A DNA stretch of 63,985 nucleotides, filler included, from Ionaspis alba (taxonomy: Eukaryota): the NCBI GenBank assembly GCA_964255285.1. It is 4 parts of 4 records of this genome, joined end to end, with 100 filler letters (N's around TTAATTAATTAA, not from the genome) between each part and the next. Parts side by side here need not be neighbours in the genome. Positions count along the whole stretch, not along the records: positions 16,692 to 33,199 come from CAXUUL010000345.1; positions 33,300 to 49,806 come from CAXUUL010000346.1; 2 more parts are not named here. One strand, written 5' to 3'. The notes below the pieces were generated by a model, which was not told the origin of the DNA, ran no database searches, and saw only the letters and a program-made list of their open reading frames with translations. The position numbers were made by a program, and so were the translations under genes. Of the stretch, positions 24,504 through 35,749 are shown in pieces; the first letter of the stretch is position 1, and every line of letters begins with the position of its first letter.

Positions 24504-26701
24504 ATGCCTCCTGGTCAAATCGTCGAGCAGGATGGTCCGGTATACTCTGCAACTTACAGCAATGTAAGTTCTTTGCGATCGCTCATTGAAAAAACGGTGC
24601 TCAAAATGCGCTAATTCCAATGTCCAACAAATTTTAGGTCCCGGTCTATGAGTTCCTCTACTCTCCAAATGACCAGATCATGCGGCGTCGACATGACGAC
24701 TGGATCAATGCAACTCACATCCTCAAAGCCGCCGATTATGACAAGCCAGCCCGTACTAGAATCCTAGAACGTGAAGTCCAGAAAGGTGTTCATGAGAAGG
24801 TGCAAGGAGGTTATGGCAAATACCAAGGTGAGCGTCCACCATATAGCGTCCTTCGCTGCATGTTAATTCCCATCTTCAAGGTACCTGGGTGCCTCTAGAA
24901 CAAGGAGAGAAGCTCGCTCGCAAGAATGGTGTTTATGAGCTTTTGAAACCGATCTTCTCCTTCGTGCCAGGCTCCAATACTCCTCCACCCGCGCCAAAGC
25001 ATAAGACAGCAGCTTCAAACAAGCCCAAGCTTCCCAGAACTGCTCCTTCGCGTAAAAACGCCAGTACGTGGTCCTTACTTGCAATGCATCTACTCAGCTT
25101 GCTAATCAGCAGATCCTAAACCAGTACCTAACTCTCGACACATGCACGAAGAGGACTATGAAGACACAAGCCAGATTCTCGAAGAGGACACTCCTGACAA
25201 CTCTACCATTGTATCCGAGTCAATGATTGACGATGAAGAGTGTGTTCCCCGAGGTCAATACTCTGCATCTCGAAAGCGTAAGCGTATGCCAGAGCAGCCA
25301 AATGGAGTTTCCAAGGAGGATCAAGACCACGGAGCTTATGCAGACGCCTTGTTGGACTACTTCATGCTTCACGATGCAGAACCGCAGTATGCGAATCTCC
25401 GTCCACCGACGCCACCGACGCCTTTCCAGGTTGACAAAGCCATCGATAGTCAAGGCCATACAGCACTTCACTGGGCAGCTGCCATGGGAGAGGTTGACAT
25501 TGTCCGAGACCTGTTGAATCGTGGAGCGAGCAAAGACGCTCGAAACCTTCGTGGCGAGACTCCTCTCATCCGAGCCAGCCTCTTCGCCAACTGCTACGAG
25601 CGCGATTGCTTCACAAAGATGGTTCACCTCTTCAGTGACACTATCGCTATCGCAGACAACTATAATGGTACTGTGTTTCACCATGTAGCTTACACAGCTC
25701 ACGGCTCCTCCAAGACTCAGCGTGCTCGTCACTACCTTAACGTGCTTTTGAATAGGCTTCGTGAAACTCAGGACCCACTCCAAGTCGCTAGTTGCCTCGA
25801 TATTCAAGATCACCGTGGTGACACTGCTCTTCACATCGCAGCCCGCCACTCCAAACGCTGTCTACGCGCTTTCCAGGGCGTCGGTTGCTCCAGCGACATC
25901 AAGAACCAGAACGGCGAAACAGTGGATCAGTATCTCCGCGATCGAGCAAAGCAGAAGAGAAGCGATCAGCTTCCGTTCTCATCATCACCTATTCAGCCAG
26001 AAGCCGAAACTCCCACCGGGCGTGACACCGTCACTAAAGCCAGCGGAATCTTCTCACTCTCGGGAGACACATTCCAAGCTCAAGCTGCACGCTCCTTCTC
26101 GGAATCCTTCACCGCAATCAACGAGAAAGCTCTAGAATTCGTGCAAGCCGGCGAAGCTGAGTTCGAAGAGAAAGCCACTGCTCTCTCGGAAGCGATGCGT
26201 CTGCTCCAGAAGGCCACGACCGAGCGAAACGCTGTCAGGCTGAAGACTTTGGAACTCACTGCGACCATGGAAGATGAGGATATGGCTCTTCTGCAAGAAG
26301 AAGCCGATATCCTCACTCGTGAGGCTGAGGCCATTCAGGAACAGAAACAGCACCGTCAACTCCATACTTTGGTCCGAACTGAAGAGGACAAGGCTGCTTC
26401 GCGTGGTCATGGCAATGGCGCTAGCAACGAAGAGGAGATGAGTGCTAAGATTACGGCTGCGCATGCTTTGAGTACCGTACAGAAACAAAGGCGCGAGTTG
26501 ACTAAAGAGGTTGTTCGCTGCCAGGGTGATGAGGGCATGACTGAGGCGGGCGAAGGCCTTGTGAGATTACTCGCTACTGCTATCGGTGTGCCTGTTCAGA
26601 GTATTCCGGGTCTTGCTGATGATGTACTCGAGGAGTTGGAGACTGTCAGGAGTGAGGGCTTGGCAACGGCTGCTACGCCTGTGGGTCTTGTGGTTGAGTA
26701 G
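24504..26701 (+). CDS. MBP1: MBF/SBF G1/S transcription factor (APSES + ankyrin repeats), Mbp1/Res2-like, 4 exons
   Basis: [14 protein letters not shown]...[17 protein letters not shown]...[30 protein letters not shown]. Ankyrins [26 protein letters not shown]. Coiled-coil tail. Confidence 0.9.
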
Positions 26702-26842
26702 TGCTTTGCTGGTGATACCCCGTGGCTCTGACTGGGGCTTGTATGTTGTGGATATGGTTTTCGACCACGGTTCTTATCTGTTCAGATTCTGTTCGGATTC
26801 TGTTGGATACGCGACGAATGTCTTGTGTTACAGTACTGAGCT

Positions 26843-26942
26843 NNNNNNNNNNNNNNNNNNNNNNNNNNNNNNNNNNNNNNNNNNNNNNNNNNNNNNNNNN
26901 NNNNNNNNNNNNNNNNNNNNNNNNNNNNNNNNNNNNNNNNNN
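26843..26942. other. 100-N scaffold gap flanked by an exact 55-bp duplication
   Basis: 26788-26842 is identical to 26943-26997. Confidence 0.95.
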
Positions 26943-27486
26943 TCTGTTCGGATTCTGTTGGATACGCGACGAATGTCTTGTGTTACAGTACTGAGCTGTA
27001 CGATTGCTGTTGGGTACTGTGCCACCACTGTATCAGATGGAAGCTGAGTATTATGTCTCAGTCTCATCTGATGTACTTCCTGCCGAAGCGATTGAGGCTT
27101 CTTGCATCTTGACTACGGTCAGAGGTGAGGCTAATGATGTACTCATTACCTGATAGGTAGCAACATAGAAATGAATCACTGTGCAATGAACACTTGGGTT
27201 GGTCGTTATCAGAGTAATTCAATTGTCTCTAAACAAGGCCCATATCAAGCCGTATGACAATTGAGAGAAGTCGTCTCATCGACGTCTATGAAAATTTGTG
27301 AGAAGTAGTTGAACCACGACTAGACCATGTATGTCGGCTCATGTCTAGAGTTTCATCTCATCCAGAGCTTTCTGCACATCCTCTCCCAGGACCAATGCTC
27401 CCACTCCATTAGCCTTGTCAGGTAGTATCTCGCTCTTCTTTGTAGCTTCCTTCATCGCCTTTTCCATCTCAATGATCTACTTACAA

Positions 27487-27900
27487 TCAGCGCTCATTCT
27501 CCTTTTCTTCGTAGGAGTGGAGACTCGCCTCCAAGATAAGCACCTTCTCCCTCCTCTTTACATCACCAAACTCATCTCCCAATTTTCGTAAATCACCCAC
27601 AAGCCATTCTTTCCAATCCGTCATTTCCTGAATGAAACCTTCTTCAGCAGCTGAGTCGTAGGATGTAGATAGATCGTGCTTCATGGTTTCGATTAGAGCT
27701 TGCGTTTTGAGTAGTTCGGTGTGGCGGCTTTCGGAACGGGCGATGTAGAGTGGGATGGTGTCTTGGAGTTTATGCAGGGTAGCACGATGAGAGGCAATGG
27801 TCGGAGGATTGCTGGGTTTTGTGGCGACGTCCGGTGAGGTGGACGATGAGATGAATTGGGGGGAGACGGGTTCAGGTGATAGGGGAGGAGAAGAGGCCAT
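27487..27900 (-). CDS. Hypothetical protein (P/S-rich N-terminus, coiled-coil-like C-terminus)
   Basis: 137-aa ORF from ATG 27900 with protein-like composition. No recognisable domain. Confidence 0.4.
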   Translation of the reverse strand: MASSPPLSPEPVSPQFISSSTSPDVATKPSNPPTIASHRATLHKLQDTIPLYIARSESRHTELLKTQALIETMKHDLSTSYDSAAEEGFIQEMTDWKEWLVGDLRKLGDEFGDVKRREKVLILEASLHSYEEKENER

Positions 27901-28208
27901 TATCTGTGCTGTGCAGTGGGGATTATCAAGTGTATGATGCTGTGGTGGTTCTGTGCTGTTGCTGTTGTTGAAAAAAAGTTTCAACGAGGTCTGTCTATGC
28001 AGTAGTAAAAGAGATCTCGATTCGAGAGAGTAGGTTGCTTCTGAGTCGAGAGTATGAAGAGGAAGAGGTCGAAAGTCGTCATCAAGAGGAGCCTGTGCCG
28101 ATGGAGGTGGTCAAAAGCATGGTCTAGAGAGAGTTGAAAGATACCAAGAGTTGACGTAGGAACCTCCGAGCCAGCCGTCCACCACAGGCCGAAGACAGCC
28201 AAGGGAGT

Positions 28209-29129
28209 TCACTGAGAGGCACTCTCTCGCTGGCTTGCCTCTGCAAGCACCGGCAGCGATCCCTCTCGCCTAGCTTGGTTGTCAAGGCGTTCCTGGGTCA
28301 GTGCCGCGAGATTGAAGGGGCCAGGACTCATGTAGACCGATTCCCTACCACGCGGTGTCTCCACGAAGTGCCTCTGTAGTACCGGCGCCGAGGGACTTCT
28401 TCCTCTGCGACGGGTAGATCTCGATCTCGATCTGGATCTAGATCCAGACCGAGATCGAGATCTTGGTCGTCGAGGCTGTGGTGGGAGCGGCACCATCTCG
28501 AAAGCTGGTTCTCCACGGCTCTTTCGAGGATCTAGTCACGGGGCGGGCTCGCTTAGCTAACCCTGAACGTAAATAGCCCAATAGAACACTTACGCCTGAT
28601 CTTTTTCCACGCCTTCTTGATTGCCTTTTTGGCACGCTTGAAGGCAGATGGGACGGCCGCCCGCTGCACATCTGCGGAGGCGTTGGGGGCGGAGGCGGTC
28701 GTAGACGGGGGCTGCCATGTATTAATTAGATCTTCAAATGACAAGATATGGAGGTAGACTCACGGTGGGGGCCGGGGGAGGAGGCGGCTGCCCTGTGTCA
28801 ACTCAAATGATCAAACGACAAGACAAAATGGTATACTCACGGGAGGGATTGTGGGGCGGGGGGGCTGGACATGCGTCAATTCACGTTATCAAATGGCAGG
28901 AATAGAAGGGTATACTCACGCGAGGCGTCCGAGGACGAGGCGGCTGCTGTATGTTAATATAGATCATGAAAAAGGTAGAATCATATATATATGTATATAC
29001 ACTCACCGCAGGGGTGGGAGGTCTGATCTGGACTGGGCCCTCCGGCTGCGAAAACGACATGGTTGAGCCGTGCGAACGCAGGGGATGGAGACCCGCCATG
29101 GGATGATCAGTCGGTAGCTGTGAGGCCAT
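28209..29129 (-). CDS. Orphan ~211-aa Pro-rich/basic/RS-repeat protein, 6 exons including three 24-nt microexons
   Basis: Exons 29129-29007, 28943(or 28946)-28920, 28864-28841, 28787-28764, 28711-28594, 28531-28209. Donors GTGAGT x4 and GTAAGT, acceptors YAG, introns 52-63 nt. The spliced frame is open from ATG to TGA. Confidence 0.7.
28416..28463. repeat. 48-bp near-perfect palindrome encoding the RS tract
   Basis: AGATCTCGATCTCGATCTGGATCT|AGATCCAGACCGAGATCGAGATCT, one mismatched pair. Confidence 0.9.
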
Positions 29130-29205
29130 CTCGAGACGGTGTTGTGCGTAGGAGGTGGTCGTCAAGGCGTGATAGTCGTGGTGGTGATGAGAGTGAAGGT
29201 TAAGC

Positions 29206-29337
29206 GGGAGACAACAACAGGAGATGCGGGAGACAGCAAAAAGAGATGTGGGAGACAGCAACAAGAGATGTGGGAGACAGCGACAAGAGATGTGAGAGAC
29301 AGCGACAAGAGATGTGGGAGACAGCAACGAGAGATGC
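29206..29337. repeat. Minisatellite, 6 x 22 bp
   Basis: Consensus GGGAGACAGCAACAAGAGATGT, head-to-tail with no spacers, 0-4 substitutions per unit. Confidence 0.93.
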
Positions 29338-29498
29338 GGTTTGCTAAACTTCAGTCCAATTTCGTGCCATTGATGCAAAGCTATTGCAGCCGAATATCAC
29401 GCTTAAACCCTGGGGTATCTCTTGCAAAATAACGCCATGCTGAAGACCGCCGCCGTGCAGTACATACCATCGCAGCCCTAGCAGAAAACCCCCTCGAT

Positions 29499-30996
29499 TT
29501 AGACATCACCAGCGCCACCCTTCACGTCTTTGAGAATCTCATAGCCAAACTCATCCTCGAACTTCTCCGGTTCCATCCCCAACGCATTTCGATACGCCCT
29601 GACCTCGTTCTGCAAGCCAGCGACAACACGGATAGGCATTTCCTCCTCCTCACACCTCAAGCGATAAGCCTCCCTGATCATCTCGACGCTCCTCATGAAC
29701 TTGGCGTGCCAGTCGTCTTTCTCGAGACGGGTGGCCAAGTGTGCATCTTTCTCGTCTTGCAACAGTTTGTTGTAGTCGCGAGAGAGCTGGGCCTTCTCCA
29801 TATTCTTGCCATACGAGAAATTGCGGATCTGCTCGACGATGTTGCCGAGAGAGGTCTCGTATTCGCCAATCAGCTTGGTGTTCTCGCGCTGCTCCCTGAG
29901 GAGAGTTTGCTTGACGTGCTGGAGCTGATTGACTTGACGAGTGAGGTCTGCGATGCGAGCAGCTAGGGAGGTCAGCTGCTGATCACATACTCCCGGCGGC
30001 TCGAAATGGCAGCTAGATTTTCTACATACCAGAGACTTCGTGGTTGGCTTCCTGCAGAGACGGACTTGCTCCATTGGCAGCAGCACGAGTCTGATTACGG
30101 GGAAAGGTCAGCAATGGACAGCTTCACCAATAGCAAGACCGTGGGTGGGCGCGAACATAACAAAAAGCAAGAAATACACTGGAGAACAGAGACTCTACAG
30201 GACGATACGGAAGCATACAAAGAAGTGTACGTGCAATGCTTGAACCACTTACAGCAAGCTCCTCCGCTCCAGCCACAATCCCCTGCGTCCTCTCTCGATT
30301 CTCCTTGAGCAGTTCGCTCAACTCATTCACCTTCTGAAACACCAAATTGAGATCCATCTGCTGTCCCGCATTGACCGGCATCCCCATTCCCATCCCATTC
30401 AAAAGCCCGCCAACACCATTCGGCCCATTGTTGTTTCCCTGCTGCTGAGACAGCGGAGACGGTGCCTGGCGCTGCATGCCGCCACTAGCACCGACATTCT
30501 GGTTCGCGGACGGCCCTTCGAGATAGGATGGGTAGCTGCCGTTCGTGGCATTGAGACTCATGATTCCGGTGCCGTCGACGTTGAGGCCGAGAGCGGTGTT
30601 GATGGCAGGGTAGATGAAATTGTCCGCCAAGATTTCCTCATCCTCCACTTTATTCGCGGAGAGTTTGGGAGGGCGATTGGCTTGGTTGAATCCCTTGGAA
30701 GTGGCTTTGCCGGGATTGTCTTTGTCAGCTGTGGCTGGGTCGTCGGCAGGGGGTCCCTTCGGCTGCCGTGTTGGAACATTGAAAGTTGTGGATCTTTTCT
30801 TCGTCAAGATCTTTGCGATGATGGGCTGGCTTTGACGTCTTCGATGACGGGAGGTTGACTGCTCGAGCTTTCGCAGCAGCTCTGCTGTCAATCTGTGCGA
30901 GTCGCTGGAGCGCCTGGAGTCGCGGGTGGATTCTTGCTGCGGTGGGAATTCTTTGGCGAACTGCTCCCGCAGCTCTGCGAGTGACAGATGATCCAT
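29499..30996 (-). CDS. Coiled-coil protein resembling STRIPAK subunit Far3/SCI1/SipB, 3 exons (start uncertain)
   Basis: QMDLNLVFQKVNELSELLKENRERTQGIVAGAEELA resembles the Far3-type N-terminal helix (recalled). Introns ~30091-30252 and ~29964-30029. Coiled-coil C-terminus. Confidence 0.6.
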
Positions 30997-31200
30997 ACTG
31001 ATTGGCTTATGATGAAGGGCAGATGGATCGAGTTGACTGCTTCGATATTCACACTGTGTTTGCAGTTGCAAGTGGAGTGCGAGTGACCTTGCGTGGTTGT
31101 GAAGTCAGGAGTCTAGCACGATTTCCTTTGTTTACCATTCGCAGCAAAGGGAGACACTACCCAACCCTACCGCGCAATTTTCTATGCTAAAGTACAATAT

Positions 31201-32362
31201 CTACGCCTTTGGCTTTGGCTTGAACAGTGCCGCCTGTGTATCATAGGTATACTTCAGGTCCAGGTGCCAGTAATTCGGCGCGGTAGGCTTAGCCACCAGC
31301 CATGCCTCATCTAACACTTTCACCACCTCTTCCGGAAGAGGTCCTTTCTCCAGATCCTTCAGATTGCTCTCCAACTGGGCGAAGCTACTTACGCCGATGA
31401 TAACGCCATCTCTGCCTCCATTCTTCATATTGAGCGCTGAATGATGCATGCACCATCTAAGAGCAATCTCAAGCAGGGTCAGATTGTGCTTTTGAGCAAC
31501 CGGCTCGATCATGCGGAGAGCGTCGAAGGTGGCATCCTTGAAGTACCGGTCTCGGTAGAGCTTACCGGAGACCGCGGTATCACTATAGCGGCCCTCTGAA
31601 GGGACATCCGACGTCTTGATCTTTCCGCTGAACAAGCCGCCTGCGAGTGGATTGTATACGACGACGTCGATTCCATATCTGTGGCACGCAACAATCGTCT
31701 CCTGCTCCAACGATCGAGCTAAAGAGTGCTATGAGCGAGGCTCTCACTGTGTCACGCATGGGTAACTTACTTATACAGTTATACATGCCCTGATAAATCG
31801 TCGGCCGCACCCATCCCCTCTCAGTGCAAGTGATAACAACCTCCGCGACCTCAAAAGCTGTGAAATTGCTCAATCCCAACTGCACAAACTTCCCCTCCTT
31901 GTGCATCTTATTCACCTCCTCCAATGTCTCTGCAAACGGCACCGATCGATCCGCAGCATGTAAATAGAAGATATCCACACACTTCGTCTTCAACTCCGCC
32001 AATGACTTCTCGAGCATCTCTCTGACGACTGCCGGCTTGTGGTGCCCTGGCTGGGACGGATACCATTTCGTCGCCAATGTCAATCCTCGCTCCTGCCAGT
32101 GGGCTTCCGTGGTCCAGGCTTCTTGTTTTCCACCGACATAAACGCGAGCTGTATCGACTTCGTTGTAGCCTTGCTGCTGGAAGTAGTCGAGGCATTTGTT
32201 GTATTCGTCTAGGGAGGTGATCCGGGCTCCTTTGTCCTCGTCAGGCCCAAAGGTCATGAGACCAAGGATTACCTTGCAAGAAGCTTAGTATCACCCATTG
32301 ATTTGATGAGGCAAAGCAATCTCTCTTACCCTCGGTTTGGGATTCTGCGTCAAGAGAGGCAT
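31201..32362 (-). CDS. Aldo-keto reductase, aflatoxin B1 aldehyde reductase (AKR7)-like, 3 exons
   Basis: ILGLMTFG, EVDTARVY, LATKWYP, DIFYLHAAD, LGLSNF, PTIYQGMYN, VYNPLAGG, IALRW, IIGVSS. Confidence 0.9.
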
Positions 32363-32986
32363 ATTGATTTGGCTTGGGGCACTGGATTTCTAGCTTCGTG
32401 AATCTTGACTTCGCTGTGCCAGATATATAGCAGTAGGATTGCTCTTTATACGTATATTAACGACTTCCTTCTTTACAAAGCACGGATATTGTTAAATATC
32501 GAGTTTACAAAACACGGATTTATTGAGTACGGAGTTTATGGGCAATAGAATGACGTTCGAGGGGTAGTAAAAGCCCCACACTGGATCCCTGCTGGCTGGG
32601 CCGATAGCCGACAAAGTGGCATACCAGCCTGTGTATAGCATTAAAAACCTCCGCCTGGTGTCTTAACGATTTCTTGTCCCGTCAATAAGATTAGATGTTG
32701 AATGCATGCATGTTCAGTCATATGCAAGCTCTTGGCACAGAATACCTTGTTGGAGACAATGGATGTTATGTCCACAAAACAAAAAAACCCAAGAGGCTTC
32801 ATCATAGGCCCTGCAAAGACTTAGATAGTCCAGGTCTCAACGATCAATGTAGAAGCATCTCGCACCTAGCTCCAAGCTCGTCCAATCTAGCCCAGCACCA
32901 CTGCATATATTGCCCCAATCCTCAGAAGTCCATCCCATCCCAAAACCCCCCGGGAACACTCCAGAAACGCCTCCCAGAAATCCAAT

Positions 32987-33199
32987 CTAATTCCTCAATG
33001 CCCTCAACCTATCCCCCAAGCCCTCCTCCTCGACCTCCGTCGGTCCCTGCACCTTAACCGGCGCCTCCGCATTCCGCATCTCCGTCTGCAATTCCACACC
33101 CGCCTCGTCCGCAACCTGATTCATCAGCTTATCGACGTCGTCCTGGGGCGTGCCGACGGCGGTGGCGGAGGAGGTCGCGTTCTCGTAGTAGCCGGTAGC
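32987..33199 (-). CDS. DID2: 3' fragment of ESCRT-III Did2/Vps46 (CHMP1), truncated by the spacer
   Basis: ATGYYENATSSATAVGTPQDDVDKLMNQVADEAGVEL...EEEGLGDRLRALRN*, with a C-terminal MIM1-type motif. Confidence 0.85.
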   Translation of the reverse strand, partial: ATGYYENATSSATAVGTPQDDVDKLMNQVADEAGVELQTEMRNAEAPVKVQGPTEVEEEGLGDRLRALRN

Positions 33200-33299
33200 N
33201 NNNNNNNNNNNNNNNNNNNNNNNNNNNNNNNNNNNNNNNNNNNTTAATTAATTAANNNNNNNNNNNNNNNNNNNNNNNNNNNNNNNNNNNNNNNNNNNN
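33200..33299. other. Assembly spacer with six-frame stop linker
   Basis: 44N-TTAATTAATTAA-44N. Confidence 0.97.
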
Positions 33300-34106
33300 T
33301 CTAAGTTGGGCGAGTTCTGCATTCAAGTCAGTCTTCTATGTTCCGGTCAATACCACTTATTGCAGACAGCTTACATTCCAATCCGCGCCGGTCAAAGCCC
33401 TGTAGGCACTGAGATCGATGTCCAAAGCATTCCTACTTCCACTCCCACATCTCTCATCCGCTGGAACTTCTGTCTTACAGAAGTTCCATGCACTCGAAGC
33501 AGGGCAGCTATCGATGATCTGGACAATGACAGATTGGTTGGGATCTGATGGGCTAGTAGCGCCACTGCCATAGTCCCCGAGACGAGTAACTCTATAGCAG
33601 ACCCCGCAATTGTTCTTCGGACAGGATGGGCCTTGGTAGCCTCCGACGGGAGATTGGCCGTTACTGCATGATAGAGCGGTCAGACTATTTGCAGTGGAGT
33701 ATTTGGAGTCTCGAAGGCGAAAGGCCCCATACCATAAACTCATGTCAATGCTGCCTTCACACTGTCCACCGGAGATATCGGGGCTGATATCTCCAGCTGC
33801 AGCAGCGTAATATTGCGAGTTTGCTGTAATCTGAATCAGTTTTTATGTCCCGCAACTTGGAATATATAGTCAAAGTAGAGCTGGAGGAAGCTTACAAGGT
33901 GCTTTTGGACCGCCGCAATTGACGTTTGTTTGAGCCTGGATGTCAGTAAGTATGGCACCACGCTGGTAGAGGGACGAGTTAGGACGAACAGCGTAATTAT
34001 TGAACGTGGCGACTCCCGTGAACTGCTGCTGTCTGGCTACAAGTTGTGGCCGTCCATGAACCCAAGCAATGATGCTGAAGAGCACAATGAAGATGCCTGA
34101 ACGCAT
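33300..34106 (-). CDS. Small secreted Cys-rich double-psi beta-barrel (expansin/GH45/barwin-like) protein, at least 5 exons, 3' end cut by the gap
   Basis: Signal peptide; FTGVATFNNY, YAAAAGD, CGVCYRV, VIVQIIDSCP, ALDID motifs; four canonical introns. Confidence 0.8.
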
Positions 34107-35749
34107 GGTAGCTACGCACAAAAAGCGACGATATCAACAATGAATGTACTTAAATCAAGGACTTTGAAGCTGATTATATAACGAATGTGAAGCTTTGCAG
34201 AACCAATTGAGATACTTCACAATCAAGACCGGAACAAACATACGTCTTTTATGTTTCCCATTCCACACCATCATTTCTGATCCTTGGTATAGTCCAACCC
34301 TCCCTCGCGGCATGGCCATTCTGGCCGCCATCAGACCGGCAGGCATCCTGAGGAGCTGTACCACACAGGTGTGCCGAACGGCCATCCTGAAGCGGTTCAA
34401 GAGGCAGCCGGGACGGCTCGTCTCCCCATATTCTAATAACTCTGTGCAGCGGTGAAGAGCTTGTAAGTGGTCAGCTGCAATGCTGCTTCGGAGACTTAAG
34501 ATTCGAGGAGGCTTCTTGGTAATATTGACGCGGGACGTCAAGGTTGGACTACCTGGGTTGTTACCATAGCCGAGGGCTGGCGCACAGTCAAATCAAGGTA
34601 CAGAAGAAGCGCAGCAAGAGCTTGGTGTAGATTAAGCTGTCATAGAATGCAAGCAACGTGGTATTAAGTGAGACAGCCAATCCACCGGCTCTTGCAGAAT
34701 ACATGCGGGCGAATGACTGAGCGCTATGATGACATGGGGAGGGTTAGTGAGGCAAGAAGGAGTAGGAAGAAATCCTTTGGCCGTCCGATTGTGGTGGATG
34801 CTTGATTGGGGGCGCTGAAACATCTGGTGTCTGGAAGAATGGCTCGGACATATTGGCCCAAACAACTGTGCCGTTGACTTTGCCTTCGGAAGTGCACCAT
34901 TCGGGAATAACTTTGGGATGGGCGGCCGGACTAGCTTATGTAGGTACCGTTCGGTAACGCATCAAAGTAGTGAGTAATTCCAGCTTCAACATCAACGAGC
35001 GAGAGACTGGAACGAGAAAAAAATGTGGAAATGTGATGCCGCTATGTCCTCGTGGATACCATTAAGATGCCGTGTCTATCTTACCCTATATTTGAGCCTT
35101 CTGGAGTATTATGATGCTATACTAACAATACTCGGCTCTTGGAATCCGCACTTCTAATCTCGATACGAAGGGTGTGATGACTATTCCCGAGATGCCCTCC
35201 GAACTAGCACAGTCGAGAATCATCCATCCATTAAGCATTTCTCCGGGGACTTCGGGTCTACATCAGCTACACCATCAATGTTCTCCGCCTCCAACGGTCA
35301 TGTTTTGCAAACAGAATGAAGGCAGTCATCTAAGACTTCGGCATGGACCGCAAGATCGCCACAGCCATTTCGATGGCATATGGGAAAAGATGTAGACATT
35401 GTCAGGGTCAGGGACTGCTCTGCCCGTGATTAGCTCTTGACTTGAAACTCTCACCTCCCGTCCCCGAGGGCTTGGCTGTTCCTCTGGCAGTATATTTGTC
35501 AGATACCATCGGTCACAACATCGACGAACAAGCTAAGATTCACAAACAGTTCTAACGATATTGTTGGCTTGTTGCTTATAACGACACGAAAGAAGCATGT
35601 GCAGAGACCGTAACAGGGATCTAGAGCCAAGCAGGAAGACAAACCGTCGATGCCAACCACGTCACACCAAACAAAAGAAACACGCTAGTATATGATGAAC
35701 ACCTAACGGAGTCTGATCCAACCGTCCCGTGCCAGCCTCTGTCAACTTT

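Noticed and set aside
29206..29337. Regular 22-bp repeats as a CRISPR array
   Set aside because: Units are contiguous with no unique spacers, there are no cas genes, and the context is eukaryotic.
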